A stretch of 64,000 bases of DNA. It comes from a phage. Both the position numbers and the translations under genes were made by a program. Within the stretch, counting starts at the first letter, position 1. Each line of letters opens with the position of its first letter. The DNA lies in sequence record OZ335961.1. One strand, given 5' to 3'. Under the pieces are notes generated by a model, which worked only from the letters and a program-made list of their open reading frames with translations, was not told the DNA's origin and made no database searches. Positions 10,157 through 20,273 of this stretch are shown here, one piece after another.

Positions 10157-11970
10157 TGGTGTTTAACCCTATGCATGATTTCTTTATTTTTGCCGAGATT
10201 AAATCCGCGTTCGTTCGGATTTCCCAAATAACCACAAGTTCTTCTTATTGTGTTCATCTTTTTAGGATCAGTTTCTCCACAAATAGAACAAACAAATCCG
10301 TTTTCAGTAGGAGTCATTTCATGTGTACTTCCGCATGTAAAACATTTATCTACTGGCATATTAACACCAAAATAATCTAAATGTTGTGCAGCATAATCCC
10401 ATACAGCCTCAAGACCTTTTAAGTTATTTTTCATATCAGGAAGTTCAACATAAGAAATGTGACCACCTGTCGCAATGAAATGATATGGTGCTTCTCGAGA
10501 AATCTTTTCAAACGGAGTAATATTTTCTTCTACTGAAACGTGGAAACTGTTAGTGTACCAGCCTTTATCAGTAACATCCTTTACACTTCCATATTTTTCA
10601 GTATCAAGTTTACAGAAGCGATAGCACAGGTTTTCAGCAGGTGTAGAATACAAACTAAAAGCAAAACCGGTTCTTTCAGTCCACTGTTTAAGACGAGCAT
10701 TCATTTTAGTCAAAATTTCCTGTCCAATATCACGACCGACAAGAATATTCAATTCGTGAATACCAATGTATCCTAGGGACACTGAACTTCTACCGTTTTT
10801 AAATAACTCAATTATGTCGTCATCAGGTTTAAGACGAACCCCGAATGCACCTTCTTGGTAAAGAATAGGAGCAACAGTCGCTTTAACTCCTTTTAAGGAA
10901 CTAATTCTACACATCAAAGCTTCAAAACACAAATCCATTCGTTCATTGAACAATTCGGCAAATTTCTGTTCATTGAATTGTGTTCCAATATAAGAATCTA
11001 ACGCAATGCGAGGAAGATTTAGTGTTACAACGCCAAGATTATTACGTCCATCAAGAATTTCATTACCAGTCGAATCTTTCCATACACTTAAGAAACTACG
11101 GCAACCCATTGGAGAAACAGGAATAGATGAACCGGTGATAGCTTTATTGTTCTTAGCTGAAATAATATCAGGATACATTCTTTTGCTTGCACACTCTAGA
11201 GCAAGCTGCTTAATATCATAGTTCGGATCGTCTTTATAAAGATTGACACCCTCTTCAACGAACATAACAAGTTTAGGGAAAATAGGAGTTATCCCATCAC
11301 GACCAAGGCCTTTAATACGATTTTTCAGAATTGCTTTCTGAATCATTCGTTCGGTCCAGTCAGTTCCCGTACCAAACGTAATTGTTACAAAAGGCGTTTG
11401 TCCGTTTGAACTAAAGAGAGTATTTACTTCGTATTCATAAGCTTGGAATGCATCGTATACGTCTTTTTCTGTTTTAGATTGGGCGTAATTCAACGCATCA
11501 GCGATTTGCCATTTTTCTGCATCCTCAATATGTTTTGCATAGGTGCGTTTAACATAAGGAGAAAGTACTTTATCTACATTCGCAAAAGTCGTTCCGCCAT
11601 ATTGATGAGAAGCAACCTGTGCAGTAATTTGTGCCATAATTGCAGTAGCAACGCCGATTGATTTAGGAGTTTCAATCTGTGCATTACCGAGCTTAAATCC
11701 GTTTTCAAGCATTCCTTTTAAATCTACTAAACAGCAATTAGTAAATGGAAGAGCAGGGGAATAATCAATATCATGGAAATGGATAATTCCGCTTTCATGC
11801 GCTTTCATAATAAAAGACGGGACCATATTTTTGGCAATGTGTTTAGACACAATACCAGCCATAAGGTCCCGTTGAGTTGGAAAAACACGAGAATCTTTAT
11901 TAGCATTCTCGTTCAAAAGGTCTTTATTAGTTTTATGAATCAATCCTTCAATTTCTTTTTCAATTGTCAT
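10153..11970 (-). CDS. nrdD: anaerobic ribonucleoside-triphosphate reductase (glycyl radical enzyme), uninterrupted
   Basis: 605-aa continuous ORF; C-terminal zinc-ribbon CFTCGSTHEM...CSICG and glycyl radical motif RTCGYLG. Confidence 0.9.
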   Translation of the reverse strand: MTIEKEIEGLIHKTNKDLLNENANKDSRVFPTQRDLMAGIVSKHIAKNMVPSFIMKAHESGIIHFHDIDYSPALPFTNCCLVDLKGMLENGFKLGNAQIETPKSIGVATAIMAQITAQVASHQYGGTTFANVDKVLSPYVKRTYAKHIEDAEKWQIADALNYAQSKTEKDVYDAFQAYEYEVNTLFSSNGQTPFVTITFGTGTDWTERMIQKAILKNRIKGLGRDGITPIFPKLVMFVEEGVNLYKDDPNYDIKQLALECASKRMYPDIISAKNNKAITGSSIPVSPMGCRSFLSVWKDSTGNEILDGRNNLGVVTLNLPRIALDSYIGTQFNEQKFAELFNERMDLCFEALMCRISSLKGVKATVAPILYQEGAFGVRLKPDDDIIELFKNGRSSVSLGYIGIHELNILVGRDIGQEILTKMNARLKQWTERTGFAFSLYSTPAENLCYRFCKLDTEKYGSVKDVTDKGWYTNSFHVSVEENITPFEKISREAPYHFIATGGHISYVELPDMKNNLKGLEAVWDYAAQHLDYFGVNMPVDKCFTCGSTHEMTPTENGFVCSICGETDPKKMNTIRRTCGYLGNPNERGFNLGKNKEIMHRVKHQ

Positions 11971-12440
11971 TTTAAACTCTTTCTAAGCTGCTTCTTAAAT
12001 GAAGCTATTAATTGTGTTTTAGTGTCAGATTCATTATATTCAAATCCTCTTTGAAGCATCTCAGCCATCATTTCCTCTTTTCCTAAACGAGAAAATTCCT
12101 TTGATTTATCTCCAACGAAGTTAGGGTGAATATTATTTTGGGTGTAATCGGATTTTAAATAAGTAAGTAAATTTTCTAACCATTCAAGATAATCAACACC
12201 TTGTCCCTTTAAGCCAGAACGATTGAATTTATGCTTCATTTGACCTTCTGCAGCATTACAGAGATTACAGAGCAATCCACGTACCTTTCCTGCTTTTGGT
12301 CCATTTAATTCATGGTCATGGTCAAGGTGATTAGCTTGAACATCAGGATTTAGTTCTCGTTGGCAAATTAAGCATTTACCGTTTTGTGCATCATAAAATT
12401 TCTGTTTTTCTTCTTTGTATAATTTGCCAGTCAATAACAT
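11967..12440 (-). CDS. 49: gp49 endonuclease VII (Holliday junction resolvase)
   Basis: 157 aa; Cys-rich N-terminus CLICQ...HLDHDHE; matches T4 endo VII as recalled. Confidence 0.9.
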   Translation of the reverse strand: MLLTGKLYKEEKQKFYDAQNGKCLICQRELNPDVQANHLDHDHELNGPKAGKVRGLLCNLCNAAEGQMKHKFNRSGLKGQGVDYLEWLENLLTYLKSDYTQNNIHPNFVGDKSKEFSRLGKEEMMAEMLQRGFEYNESDTKTQLIASFKKQLRKSLK

Positions 12441-12481
12441 AATAAAACCCTTACCTTGAATAGATAAGGGTATTTATTATT

Positions 12482-12658
12482 TTCAAGTATTGTAAAACAT
12501 TCGATGCAATCGCTTATATTGTCGAATCATCTTTTTAGTAGGACGAGAATAAGTTCCTATACAAGTGGTCATATTAGGGTCAGTAGGACTTCCTTTAATA
12601 AAAAGTTTCCAAACCTTACCACCATTTAACTTTTCAGTATAAATTAATTCGGTTTTCA
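12482..12658 (-). CDS. hypothetical small protein (58 aa)
   Basis: Hand-translated MKTELIYTEKLNGGKVWKLFIKGSPTDPNM...; approximate. Confidence 0.3.
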
Positions 12659-13123
12659 TTAAAACGCTCGGTCAGAAAAAGAAATTTGAGTTTCAAGCCA
12701 TTCAATATATTCTGCCGCAGCTTGCATCAAATTTCCTTCATAACCATCGTTATTTTCTTGTGCAGCTAATTTAGCTAATGCATATGAAATACGTTCACCT
12801 TGAAAAGCGGCTTTAGGTTTATGAATAGCTTGATCAATTCGTTCTACAACTTCTTCAATTTCGCCATTTTCTGCGGATTCAGTATTCCACAAGCACCAAT
12901 ACGTAATTGGCTTATCATAGATGTTAACAATCTTTCCATCAGAAAGTTCAATTTCAATAATTCCAGTATCAGGTTCTATATCATCTTCGCATTCTTTTGC
13001 AAGTTCACGAACTTTAAAGACAGTACCTGCACTAAGTTCCGGCCAGTAATTACACAGCCCTTTATCAGCACGATTAATTCTAAACCACTTATCTACTGCA
13101 ATCATATCCCATCTCCATATCAA
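12659..13123 (-). CDS. hypothetical acidic protein (pin/49.x position)
   Basis: 154-aa ORF; synteny with T4 pin region, identity not verifiable from memory. Confidence 0.45.
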   Translation of the reverse strand: MIWRWDMIAVDKWFRINRADKGLCNYWPELSAGTVFKVRELAKECEDDIEPDTGIIEIELSDGKIVNIYDKPITYWCLWNTESAENGEIEEVVERIDQAIHKPKAAFQGERISYALAKLAAQENNDGYEGNLMQAAAEYIEWLETQISFSDRAF

Positions 13124-13228
13124 TTAAGTCATTTATCGTTGGTTCATTATATACTGTTTCTTCATCAGTGTAAACCGGTTCTTCCGGCTCTGGCTCTACT
13201 GTTTCCCATCTAGCCGCCCACCAAGGTT

Positions 13229-13549
13229 TTATAGCGTAATCCATTCTCGTATTGTCTGAGTTACTACACGTTCACGGGGCTCAACTAGTTCAACAGTCGG
13301 AACTGCATAATACCAGTCAGAATGGTAAGAACCTGAGCGAGATTCATTTACAGACACATGAACGTTATGTTTTGGACTAAAATAAACGCACTGCCGATAT
13401 TGGCATTTGCCATCTTGTACCCAATCTTCTATTTCGATAGGTTTAAGATAATCCGAAAAATCGAAATCATAATTTTCTGAAAATGCATCATGGTCTTCGA
13501 TGATTTCACTCAGAACTGCATCAACATCTAATTTATTTTCAATAGTCAT
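13229..13549 (-). CDS. hypothetical protein
   Basis: 106-aa ORF. Confidence 0.5.
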   Translation of the reverse strand: MTIENKLDVDAVLSEIIEDHDAFSENYDFDFSDYLKPIEIEDWVQDGKCQYRQCVYFSPKHNVHVSVNESRSGSYHSDWYYAVPTVELVEPRERVVTQTIREWITL

Positions 13550-13854
13550 TTGTCACACCACCAATTCGATACTTCAAAATCAGGTTCACCGTTTTCCCAA
13601 TACCAAGGACCTACCGGATGCCAATCACCATGCTCATCTTCTTCAAATTCTTCAGATTCAAGCCCAACATATTGCCATTGGACTTCATAAGCGGTATCAC
13701 CGATTACAACCGTGTTCTCACCATACGGATTAGCCACAACAAAGTCAATACCTTCTGCTTTAGCCAACCAAACCATGTATTCATAGAGTTTATATTCTAG
13801 GTCGTCTTCGGTGCCATCACCTAGAAAAATGGTTTGTTCGTTTAACCCAATCAT
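13546..13854 (-). CDS. hypothetical acidic protein
   Basis: 102-aa ORF, Trp/Glu-rich. Confidence 0.5.
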   Translation of the reverse strand: MIGLNEQTIFLGDGTEDDLEYKLYEYMVWLAKAEGIDFVVANPYGENTVVIGDTAYEVQWQYVGLESEEFEEDEHGDWHPVGPWYWENGEPDFEVSNWWCDK

Positions 13855-14039
13855 AATTCCACCATAAATTCAAATAACTGGTCGCGTACACAAGTATCAG
13901 TCCAACCCCATTCGTTGGCTTCTTCTTTTAACCAATCCGGGAGATTTGCTAATACGGTTTCTTTACTAGGGGCAGGAGTATCAAACTCTCTCGCCAACTC
14001 TCTTGCGCAGGTTTTATAGGCCATATCAAATTCAGTCAT
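13851..14039 (-). CDS. hypothetical protein
   Basis: 62-aa ORF upstream-overlapping nrdC. Confidence 0.45.
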   Translation of the reverse strand: MTEFDMAYKTCARELAREFDTPAPSKETVLANLPDWLKEEANEWGWTDTCVRDQLFEFMVEL

Positions 14040-14299
14040 TTGAAATATGCTCGCAGTTCGTCAAAGCCGCCAATAGAAGTTCCATCAGGAGCAAATACCT
14101 GAGGCATGGTCAAACCAATTTGAGTATCACGACCTAGTTTCGTCAGAAGCTCAGCGATTTTCTCATCATCAAAAACACCTTTTTCCGGCATAATGTTGAT
14201 AAATTCAAACGGCTGTTTCTTCACAGTCAAAAGACGTTTTGCATTATCGCAATATACACATTTATGGATGTTGCTATCATAACCATATACTTTAAACAT
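14036..14299 (-). CDS. nrdC: thioredoxin/glutaredoxin NrdC
   Basis: 87 aa with CVYC active site; matches T4 thioredoxin as recalled. Confidence 0.85.
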   Translation of the reverse strand: MFKVYGYDSNIHKCVYCDNAKRLLTVKKQPFEFINIMPEKGVFDDEKIAELLTKLGRDTQIGLTMPQVFAPDGTSIGGFDELRAYFK

Positions 14300-14300
14300 A

Positions 14301-14558
14301 TTATTCCTTAATTCCTAGTACTTGTTTAAAAGTCTCGTCGTAATCAAGACTTTGGCCCGTTTGTTCTTTATGTTTGTATATAATATCACTTACTTCTGAT
14401 AGCATATTTTTATATGAACGAGTTAAAGCAGATTTAAGCACGCTGTATCTATCAGGAAATTTACCATGTTCATTATAATACGCTATTGCTAATTCACGGA
14501 CTGCCTTTTCAGCAATCTCCATATATTCTTTACGCTTGGTCATTTTCTTCTCGGTCAA
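14301..14558 (-). CDS. hypothetical protein (nrdC.1 position)
   Basis: 85-aa ORF. Confidence 0.5.
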   Translation of the reverse strand: MTEKKMTKRKEYMEIAEKAVRELAIAYYNEHGKFPDRYSVLKSALTRSYKNMLSEVSDIIYKHKEQTGQSLDYDETFKQVLGIKE

Positions 14559-14847
14559 ATCGGTGTTTGCAATGACGACATTTATAACGAAGATTACTAG
14601 TCTGCCAATGGACTAATTGAACCTGTTCAGTACCGCATTCAGGACAATTAGGAACGTTTTTAGAAGCCCTTTCGCGACGTTCAACCATAGCCATAATGGC
14701 ATCCCAAGCTGGAGGTTTAAAGTCTAAATCATCACAATCATGAATCTTTCCACGCATTTCCAGATCGTCTTCTTCACCATCCATAATAATTTTAATTAGA
14801 CTGGAATTACTTGAAGCTGCGATATCTTCTAATAGACGCTTTTTCAT
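14530..14847 (-). CDS. hypothetical zinc-ribbon protein (nrdC.2 position)
   Basis: 105 aa; C-terminal CPECG...CRHCKH four-Cys motif. Confidence 0.5.
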   Translation of the reverse strand: MKKRLLEDIAASSNSSLIKIIMDGEEDDLEMRGKIHDCDDLDFKPPAWDAIMAMVERRERASKNVPNCPECGTEQVQLVHWQTSNLRYKCRHCKHRFDREENDQA

Positions 14848-15773
14848 TTTAATACCTCAATAGCATTACGTAAACCATTTGCTTTTGCATTAAGAGCTTT
14901 TAACAATTTGGTGTGTTCGTCAATCTGGGCTTCAACTTCAATTAAGCGAGCATTGAGATATTCACGTTCTTCGCTCAAGTTATCAATCTTTTCTACTTTA
15001 GGCTCTTTTACAACTGTCTTATATGTATTAGGGTTCTTCAGTTTAATTAGAATGCGTGAACTGTATAACATTGAACCATTATCTTCGGTTTCGTCATACA
15101 TTTCTACTACGTCCATGATTTTTAACATCATGCGGAGTTTATAAGACAACGAACGAATAGTTTTGTTGTGCTTATTAATTTCTCTAGAGTTCATGGTGCC
15201 GAGATTACGTGAGTAATAATAAGGAACCTGGATATTAATTAACACTGATGAACCACCTGGCTTATGTGTTACTTCATCAGCAATAACCCAGTCCTTAACA
15301 TGAACTGTATTTGTACGGTCATCACCAGCGGTAAATAGTTTGCGAGCATGCTTAAAAAGCATATTCACTTGGGTATTGAATTGACAAGCAAATTTATCAG
15401 CAAATTTAGTTTCAGGAATGGTAGATAACCAATCAGCCAAATGGGTCTTTTTAACATCGTTAACAATAGTAAATTCAACCAAATCGGTTATAGATGTCGT
15501 AGATTTAATGAAGCTCGGCTTCATAAAGTTTTTAATGTTATCGCGAGCTACAGTAGAAGATAACATACGAGAACGTTTAAACCATTCAAGCAAATTGCCT
15601 AACGAATGAGAATAAGCGTTTTGAGTATCTTTACAGATATGATTTTCCTGACCAACATATTGAAGGAAATCACGAAGAATATTATTGATTACTGCTCTGT
15701 GTCCGATCTGATAATTACGGTGTTTAGTAATAAGACTATCAAAATAATCAATATAATGTTTACGAGTTTTCAT
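14844..15773 (-). CDS. hypothetical protein with C-terminal coiled coil (paralog family member 1)
   Basis: 309 aa; C-terminal heptad-rich tail LSEEREYLNARLIEVEAQIDEHTKLLKALNAK. Confidence 0.55.
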   Translation of the reverse strand: MKTRKHYIDYFDSLITKHRNYQIGHRAVINNILRDFLQYVGQENHICKDTQNAYSHSLGNLLEWFKRSRMLSSTVARDNIKNFMKPSFIKSTTSITDLVEFTIVNDVKKTHLADWLSTIPETKFADKFACQFNTQVNMLFKHARKLFTAGDDRTNTVHVKDWVIADEVTHKPGGSSVLINIQVPYYYSRNLGTMNSREINKHNKTIRSLSYKLRMMLKIMDVVEMYDETEDNGSMLYSSRILIKLKNPNTYKTVVKEPKVEKIDNLSEEREYLNARLIEVEAQIDEHTKLLKALNAKANGLRNAIEVLK

Positions 15774-15825
15774 GTTCTTCTCACTTGGTTAATGATTTAT
15801 ACTCCGAGCCATCCTTGGCTTTAAA

Positions 15826-16857
15826 TTACTTAATTAACTGTAAAGCTTGTTCCAAACGGTCAAGACGATTAACAGATTCTTCCCAAATCCTTTTAGCCTG
15901 CTCATAATCTTTCTGCGCTTTATTAGAAATTTCTAGAGCTTCTTTATAAGCTTTTTCTAATGCAATAACTTCTGGACGAATTTCTACCGGTTCAGGTGAA
16001 TCATCAAGACATTCCATTAGTTCCTCAAGGGTAGTTTCTTCTTTAGGAGTATTCACAATTTCATCACATTTTTGTTGGTAAATTTCTTTATCAGTCGGTG
16101 AGTACGCACACTTTACTTCACGGAGACTAACTACAATTTTATATCCTTCCCAACCGCATATATTCTTAAAAGGATAAGTATAAATATTTTCTACTGTTTC
16201 CATACAAAGTAATGCGGTCTCTAACTGACGAGTTATATCGCTAGCAATTGAGAAAAATTTATTAATGTTCTTTTGATTAGCTTCTGGTGTAAAAAATTCA
16301 TAATTCACAAAAATAGCTGCTTTATTTTTATCAAGCTCATATTCTTTTATGATAATCATATCAGAAGCCCAAGGATGAATTTGACGATAATCACCATAGC
16401 ATAATTTAGAAGCTGATTTTAGAAGTTGCTTCTTGAAAAGTCTGAAATTACTAATCCAACGACGAGTAAAAATATTCTCAGGGTCTTCTTTATTATTAAG
16501 ATGATAAGAATTAACATCACCGAACCAATTATATCCTACTACATCTTTAGTTCGTTTAATTTCTTTCCCAAATTTACTAAGAATATCTCTGTTGACTAAG
16601 TATGAAAGAAGACGAGAACCTTTAAAGGTTTCCTTAATATCATCTTTATATTCGCAACTAGAAATTTTATGAACTTCATGAATAAATTTGCCGGAAGAAA
16701 CAATACTTGCATCAGTATTGTTGAGCCACTGATTGATAATAGAAAGAACACTATTCTGACTAGACATAGATTTAACTTTATCATCAATAACGCTATTGAA
16801 TGATTTGATATATTCGTTACGAGTCATATTAATCTCCTCAGTAGAAAGTAAGAACAT
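15826..16857 (-). CDS. hypothetical protein with C-terminal coiled coil (paralog family member 2); likely start at internal MTRNEY near 16827
   Basis: 343 aa in track; early promoter -10 overlaps the first codons; shares LFKKQLLKSASKL-type motif with next gene. Confidence 0.55.
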   Translation of the reverse strand: MFLLSTEEINMTRNEYIKSFNSVIDDKVKSMSSQNSVLSIINQWLNNTDASIVSSGKFIHEVHKISSCEYKDDIKETFKGSRLLSYLVNRDILSKFGKEIKRTKDVVGYNWFGDVNSYHLNNKEDPENIFTRRWISNFRLFKKQLLKSASKLCYGDYRQIHPWASDMIIIKEYELDKNKAAIFVNYEFFTPEANQKNINKFFSIASDITRQLETALLCMETVENIYTYPFKNICGWEGYKIVVSLREVKCAYSPTDKEIYQQKCDEIVNTPKEETTLEELMECLDDSPEPVEIRPEVIALEKAYKEALEISNKAQKDYEQAKRIWEESVNRLDRLEQALQLIK

Positions 16858-16886
16858 TATACCACATCCTTGTGGCGAAGTAAACT
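16855..16886 (-). promoter_or_regulatory. early promoter
   Basis: Minus-strand GTTTAC - 18 nt - TATAAT; approximate. Confidence 0.55.
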
Positions 16887-17913
16887 AGTTTAGTGCATTT
16901 AGTGCATTGCTCAGTTTAGAACGTTGCTTCGTAAGATTTTTGACTTTTTCTTGAGCTTTTTCTAGCATCTTTTCAGCTTCTAACACTTCATTAGTTGCTT
17001 TAACGAGTTCATCATCTACTGCCTTGATAGACTTCTCAATCGCATCCGCGTGCCATTTTTCAACAGGTTTAAGACTCGGATTTTCAACAGGAAGAAAATT
17101 CACTTTATTGAATTTCCATGCATCCTCATTACCTGAGCTATACATCCAAAATTTAGGATCGTTTGATGAGCAATTGGATAAATTTAAGTTATAGTTATCT
17201 TGTACTTCCTGTTTTTTCTCTTGCGGGATTTCGTCCTTTCTCAAAAAATCATATTTAAATGAAACGATCATATCAAGTTCATATGTTGTTGTGTCTAATT
17301 TAAATCGCTCAAAACGGGGTAAAATCTTAGACTGAACAGCGGCAACAACATCCATATACTTAAATGCTTCTGTCAACTGCGATTTAAGGCATTCGCAAAT
17401 TGAAAGAGAATTTTTTGTATTAGGTTTAAAGCTAATTCGTGCAGTTCTGTTATTTTCTTTTAATGGTCTTACTTCCATCTGAAGAGTATAACCATCAAAT
17501 TTCAGGTTCTTTAAATTAATGTCAGAACCTTTTAATCGACTAGCCGTCGACAAAATTTGCTTTAATTGTTTACGGAATAGAGCAATAAATCTCCATTCAA
17601 TACGATAATGATTTGGATTGAAAAATCCAGATGATAAATCGACCTTACTTTGACCAACGCCTTGAACAAATAGAGGATTTTTATAATCAATAGTTTTACA
17701 GAAATCGGTGAGCTGCTCACGAGCCGTCATTTGTGTAATATACCCCGCTTTACTAAAATTACTCACCCATTCACTGCTATTTAGATATTTAAAGTGATGA
17801 ATAGCACGATTAACTTTATCAGGGTCTAAATTATTTTCACACAAAAATGTCATAACATTACGAGTATCGCTGGCAATACGAACCATATCTTCAATTTGAG
17901 AACGAGTTTTCAT
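16885..17913 (-). CDS. hypothetical protein with C-terminal coiled coil (paralog family member 3)
   Basis: 342 aa; motif LFRKQLKQILSTASRL and C-terminal coiled coil. Confidence 0.55.
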   Translation of the reverse strand: MKTRSQIEDMVRIASDTRNVMTFLCENNLDPDKVNRAIHHFKYLNSSEWVSNFSKAGYITQMTAREQLTDFCKTIDYKNPLFVQGVGQSKVDLSSGFFNPNHYRIEWRFIALFRKQLKQILSTASRLKGSDINLKNLKFDGYTLQMEVRPLKENNRTARISFKPNTKNSLSICECLKSQLTEAFKYMDVVAAVQSKILPRFERFKLDTTTYELDMIVSFKYDFLRKDEIPQEKKQEVQDNYNLNLSNCSSNDPKFWMYSSGNEDAWKFNKVNFLPVENPSLKPVEKWHADAIEKSIKAVDDELVKATNEVLEAEKMLEKAQEKVKNLTKQRSKLSNALNALN

Positions 17914-17921
17914 GGTGTTCC

Positions 17922-18833
17922 TTAAGATTTAAGTAAATCAACAATTTTAATTAACTTTTCACGCTCGGATTTAGCTTTACTACTCAATCCAGATAGTCTG
18001 AAAATTTCATCATCATATTGTTGAATAGAAATATTCAGCTCTTCAATCTGTTTATTAAAATAATCAATTTGTTCAGAATGTTTTTCGTTACTACGAACTG
18101 GTACAGGTTTCGTAGGCAATGTAGTTGAACTGGATTCATCCGGGCGGTAAATTAAAATACAACTTGAACCAATAGGGCATTTTGCACCAGATGAATATTC
18201 TAATGTTCCAGATTCTTTTAAAACTTCAAAAGCTAAACAGAGATGATGCCCCATATTAATATAATCTGTAGAGCGAGCTCTGATGTAATAATCATCGCCA
18301 CGAATACTAAATTTAAAGCATTTAAGGTCTTCTGTATTATTGGTCTTAAAAATCATTTGTTTATCTAGACCTTTAGCTAATCGAGCGCCCAATGCTAATA
18401 ATCGTCGTTGATTTTCCCACAAATCCGCAATCATTTGATCGAATGATAATTTCGGCATTAGTCGACCGTAAAGGTCATATCCTTTATTATAATTACGAAG
18501 GATTTCACTCGCGTTAATACGAGACAATGCTCCAATTTTATTAAGGGCTTTCATAATGCGATTAGATAAACTCATTCCAGACCCGTTTGTTCGCTGCAAA
18601 TGTTTTTCTAATCCAAATCCAATATCAACTTTAAACTTATCTAAAATTTCTGCATGAACATCTCTGTCAATAACATTCAAATCCAAAGTTGGGTTAAATC
18701 TATGAAAAAATTTATCTGGCTCTCCACGGCGAAATACAGTCCATTCATTCATCATTTTTTTATTAACTAAAGATTTAATTACTGCATTGACATTATTAAT
18801 TACTACTGACATATTTTCCTCACTCAATTTCAA
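17922..18833 (-). CDS. hypothetical protein with C-terminal coiled coil (paralog family member 4)
   Basis: 303 aa; similar architecture. Confidence 0.55.
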   Translation of the reverse strand: MKLSEENMSVVINNVNAVIKSLVNKKMMNEWTVFRRGEPDKFFHRFNPTLDLNVIDRDVHAEILDKFKVDIGFGLEKHLQRTNGSGMSLSNRIMKALNKIGALSRINASEILRNYNKGYDLYGRLMPKLSFDQMIADLWENQRRLLALGARLAKGLDKQMIFKTNNTEDLKCFKFSIRGDDYYIRARSTDYINMGHHLCLAFEVLKESGTLEYSSGAKCPIGSSCILIYRPDESSSTTLPTKPVPVRSNEKHSEQIDYFNKQIEELNISIQQYDDEIFRLSGLSSKAKSEREKLIKIVDLLKS

Positions 18834-19227
18834 TTTTACTAAATATACAGAATAAGATGGAACAGACTATATAAGCACCACACACAGATTGAACTAATAC
18901 CATTCCAAAGAACCAAACAATATTATCAAACAATGTCTGTTTTACGTCGAAAGGACGTAAACTTACAGTAATATTATCACCTTTTTCTATTGAAGAATAC
19001 ATCTCTGGGGAAATATATTCACTAAATCTATAACCGTCTTTGAGTTCATATACGGCAATAAACGATAAACTAGACCCTTTTCCTTGCGTTCCTGTAATGG
19101 TATTAACTACAGTAACATCATAATCTTTATAATGCATATAATCATTAATTGCGTAATAACCATATGCAACTACTACACATAAACAACATATCAATAAATT
19201 CAATCTTCTAATTATCAACCGTTTCAT
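18820..19227 (-). CDS. membrane protein
   Basis: 135 aa; N- and C-terminal hydrophobic helices. Confidence 0.5.
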   Translation of the reverse strand: MKRLIIRRLNLLICCLCVVVAYGYYAINDYMHYKDYDVTVVNTITGTQGKGSSLSFIAVYELKDGYRFSEYISPEMYSSIEKGDNITVSLRPFDVKQTLFDNIVWFFGMVLVQSVCGAYIVCSILFCIFSKIEIE

Positions 19228-19282
19228 AATAATCTCAATTAAAAGGGCTTAGAACCATTATACCATCCTTGGTATAAAGCGG

Positions 19283-19810
19283 TTATGCGAGTACCGTCTT
19301 TAACCGTTCTTCAAACTTCCGAAGAGTATTTTGGCGTTCAGCTCTTTGCTTTTTGTAAGTTTCAATACGCTCTGAAATGAGAGTGTATCGTTCATTTACT
19401 GATTCTTTCATAAAATCAGGAATTTCACGAGAAGCTTTAATCTCGTCAAATTTATCAATAACAGCTTGCTCTTCAGCAATTAAGTTATCATACATTAAAA
19501 TATCTTTCTTGATGAACTCAATATCTTCTTGAGTTACACGAGATAATTTAGATGCTTTATCCTTTTTGTACTGTTCATTAGTATCACGAGACCAGTGTAA
19601 TGTACGATTTTTATTCGTATTTTTGTAAATTTCTACAATACCAATCTCATCAATAATAACGATCCAATTCCAACGGGATTTGTAAATTTGTCCTCCATCA
19701 ACAGTGATTTCACCTCCGATTGAGATGTCGTTAAAGAACTTGCTTTGTGCTTCAGATTTAAATTTACCATCGTTGTAATTTACCAAGTTGAAAATATCTT
19801 TAGCGTTCAT
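19283..19810 (-). CDS. hypothetical protein
   Basis: 175-aa ORF downstream of early promoter. Confidence 0.5.
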   Translation of the reverse strand: MNAKDIFNLVNYNDGKFKSEAQSKFFNDISIGGEITVDGGQIYKSRWNWIVIIDEIGIVEIYKNTNKNRTLHWSRDTNEQYKKDKASKLSRVTQEDIEFIKKDILMYDNLIAEEQAVIDKFDEIKASREIPDFMKESVNERYTLISERIETYKKQRAERQNTLRKFEERLKTVLA

Positions 19811-19825
19811 TTTGTGTTCCTCCGT

Positions 19826-19868
19826 AGTTGATAGTTGTATAGTACCACAGAGGAACAGTCTTGTAAAC
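19826..19868 (-). promoter_or_regulatory. early promoter with conserved downstream element
   Basis: GTTTAC -35 plus conserved GTACTATACAACTATCAACTAC element shared with several other sites. Confidence 0.5.
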
Positions 19869-19870
19869 CA

Positions 19871-20185
19871 CTAAAAGAAACTTCTTTCACAATTTTTTCC
19901 ACTGAACCAAGCGCTCACTGCTTTCTTAGTCTCAGGAGCAGTGTTATCCATAAACCATTCAAAGGCAGCCTTTTTGTGATTCTGGAGGGCTTCTCGGGCT
20001 TTAATCTGCTCACGGTCTATTAACACTAACATATGAGCCTTTCTTGTCACCATGGGCTTCTTATGATTTTTTGAATACTCCCAGTCATTTGTCCATCGCA
20101 TTGTCGTTGCGAACTGAAATACAGCTTCTTTAATCTTAGTTTCGTAAATTTCACGAGCCTTTGAGTATAACATCACTACCTCCAT
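19871..20185 (-). CDS. hypothetical protein
   Basis: 104-aa ORF. Confidence 0.45.
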   Translation of the reverse strand: MEVVMLYSKAREIYETKIKEAVFQFATTMRWTNDWEYSKNHKKPMVTRKAHMLVLIDREQIKAREALQNHKKAAFEWFMDNTAPETKKAVSAWFSGKNCERSFF

Positions 20186-20273
20186 TCACCAGTTTAATTC
20201 TAGTCATCTTTTTAACGGCAGTCCATATAATCTATTTCTGAACTGCCTTTTGTCATAGAAGTCCTCTTATGAA

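Noticed and set aside
12800-13213. 137-aa plus-strand ORF
   Set aside because: Antisense to the 154-aa minus-strand gene in a region where all supported genes are minus-strand; low-complexity translation.
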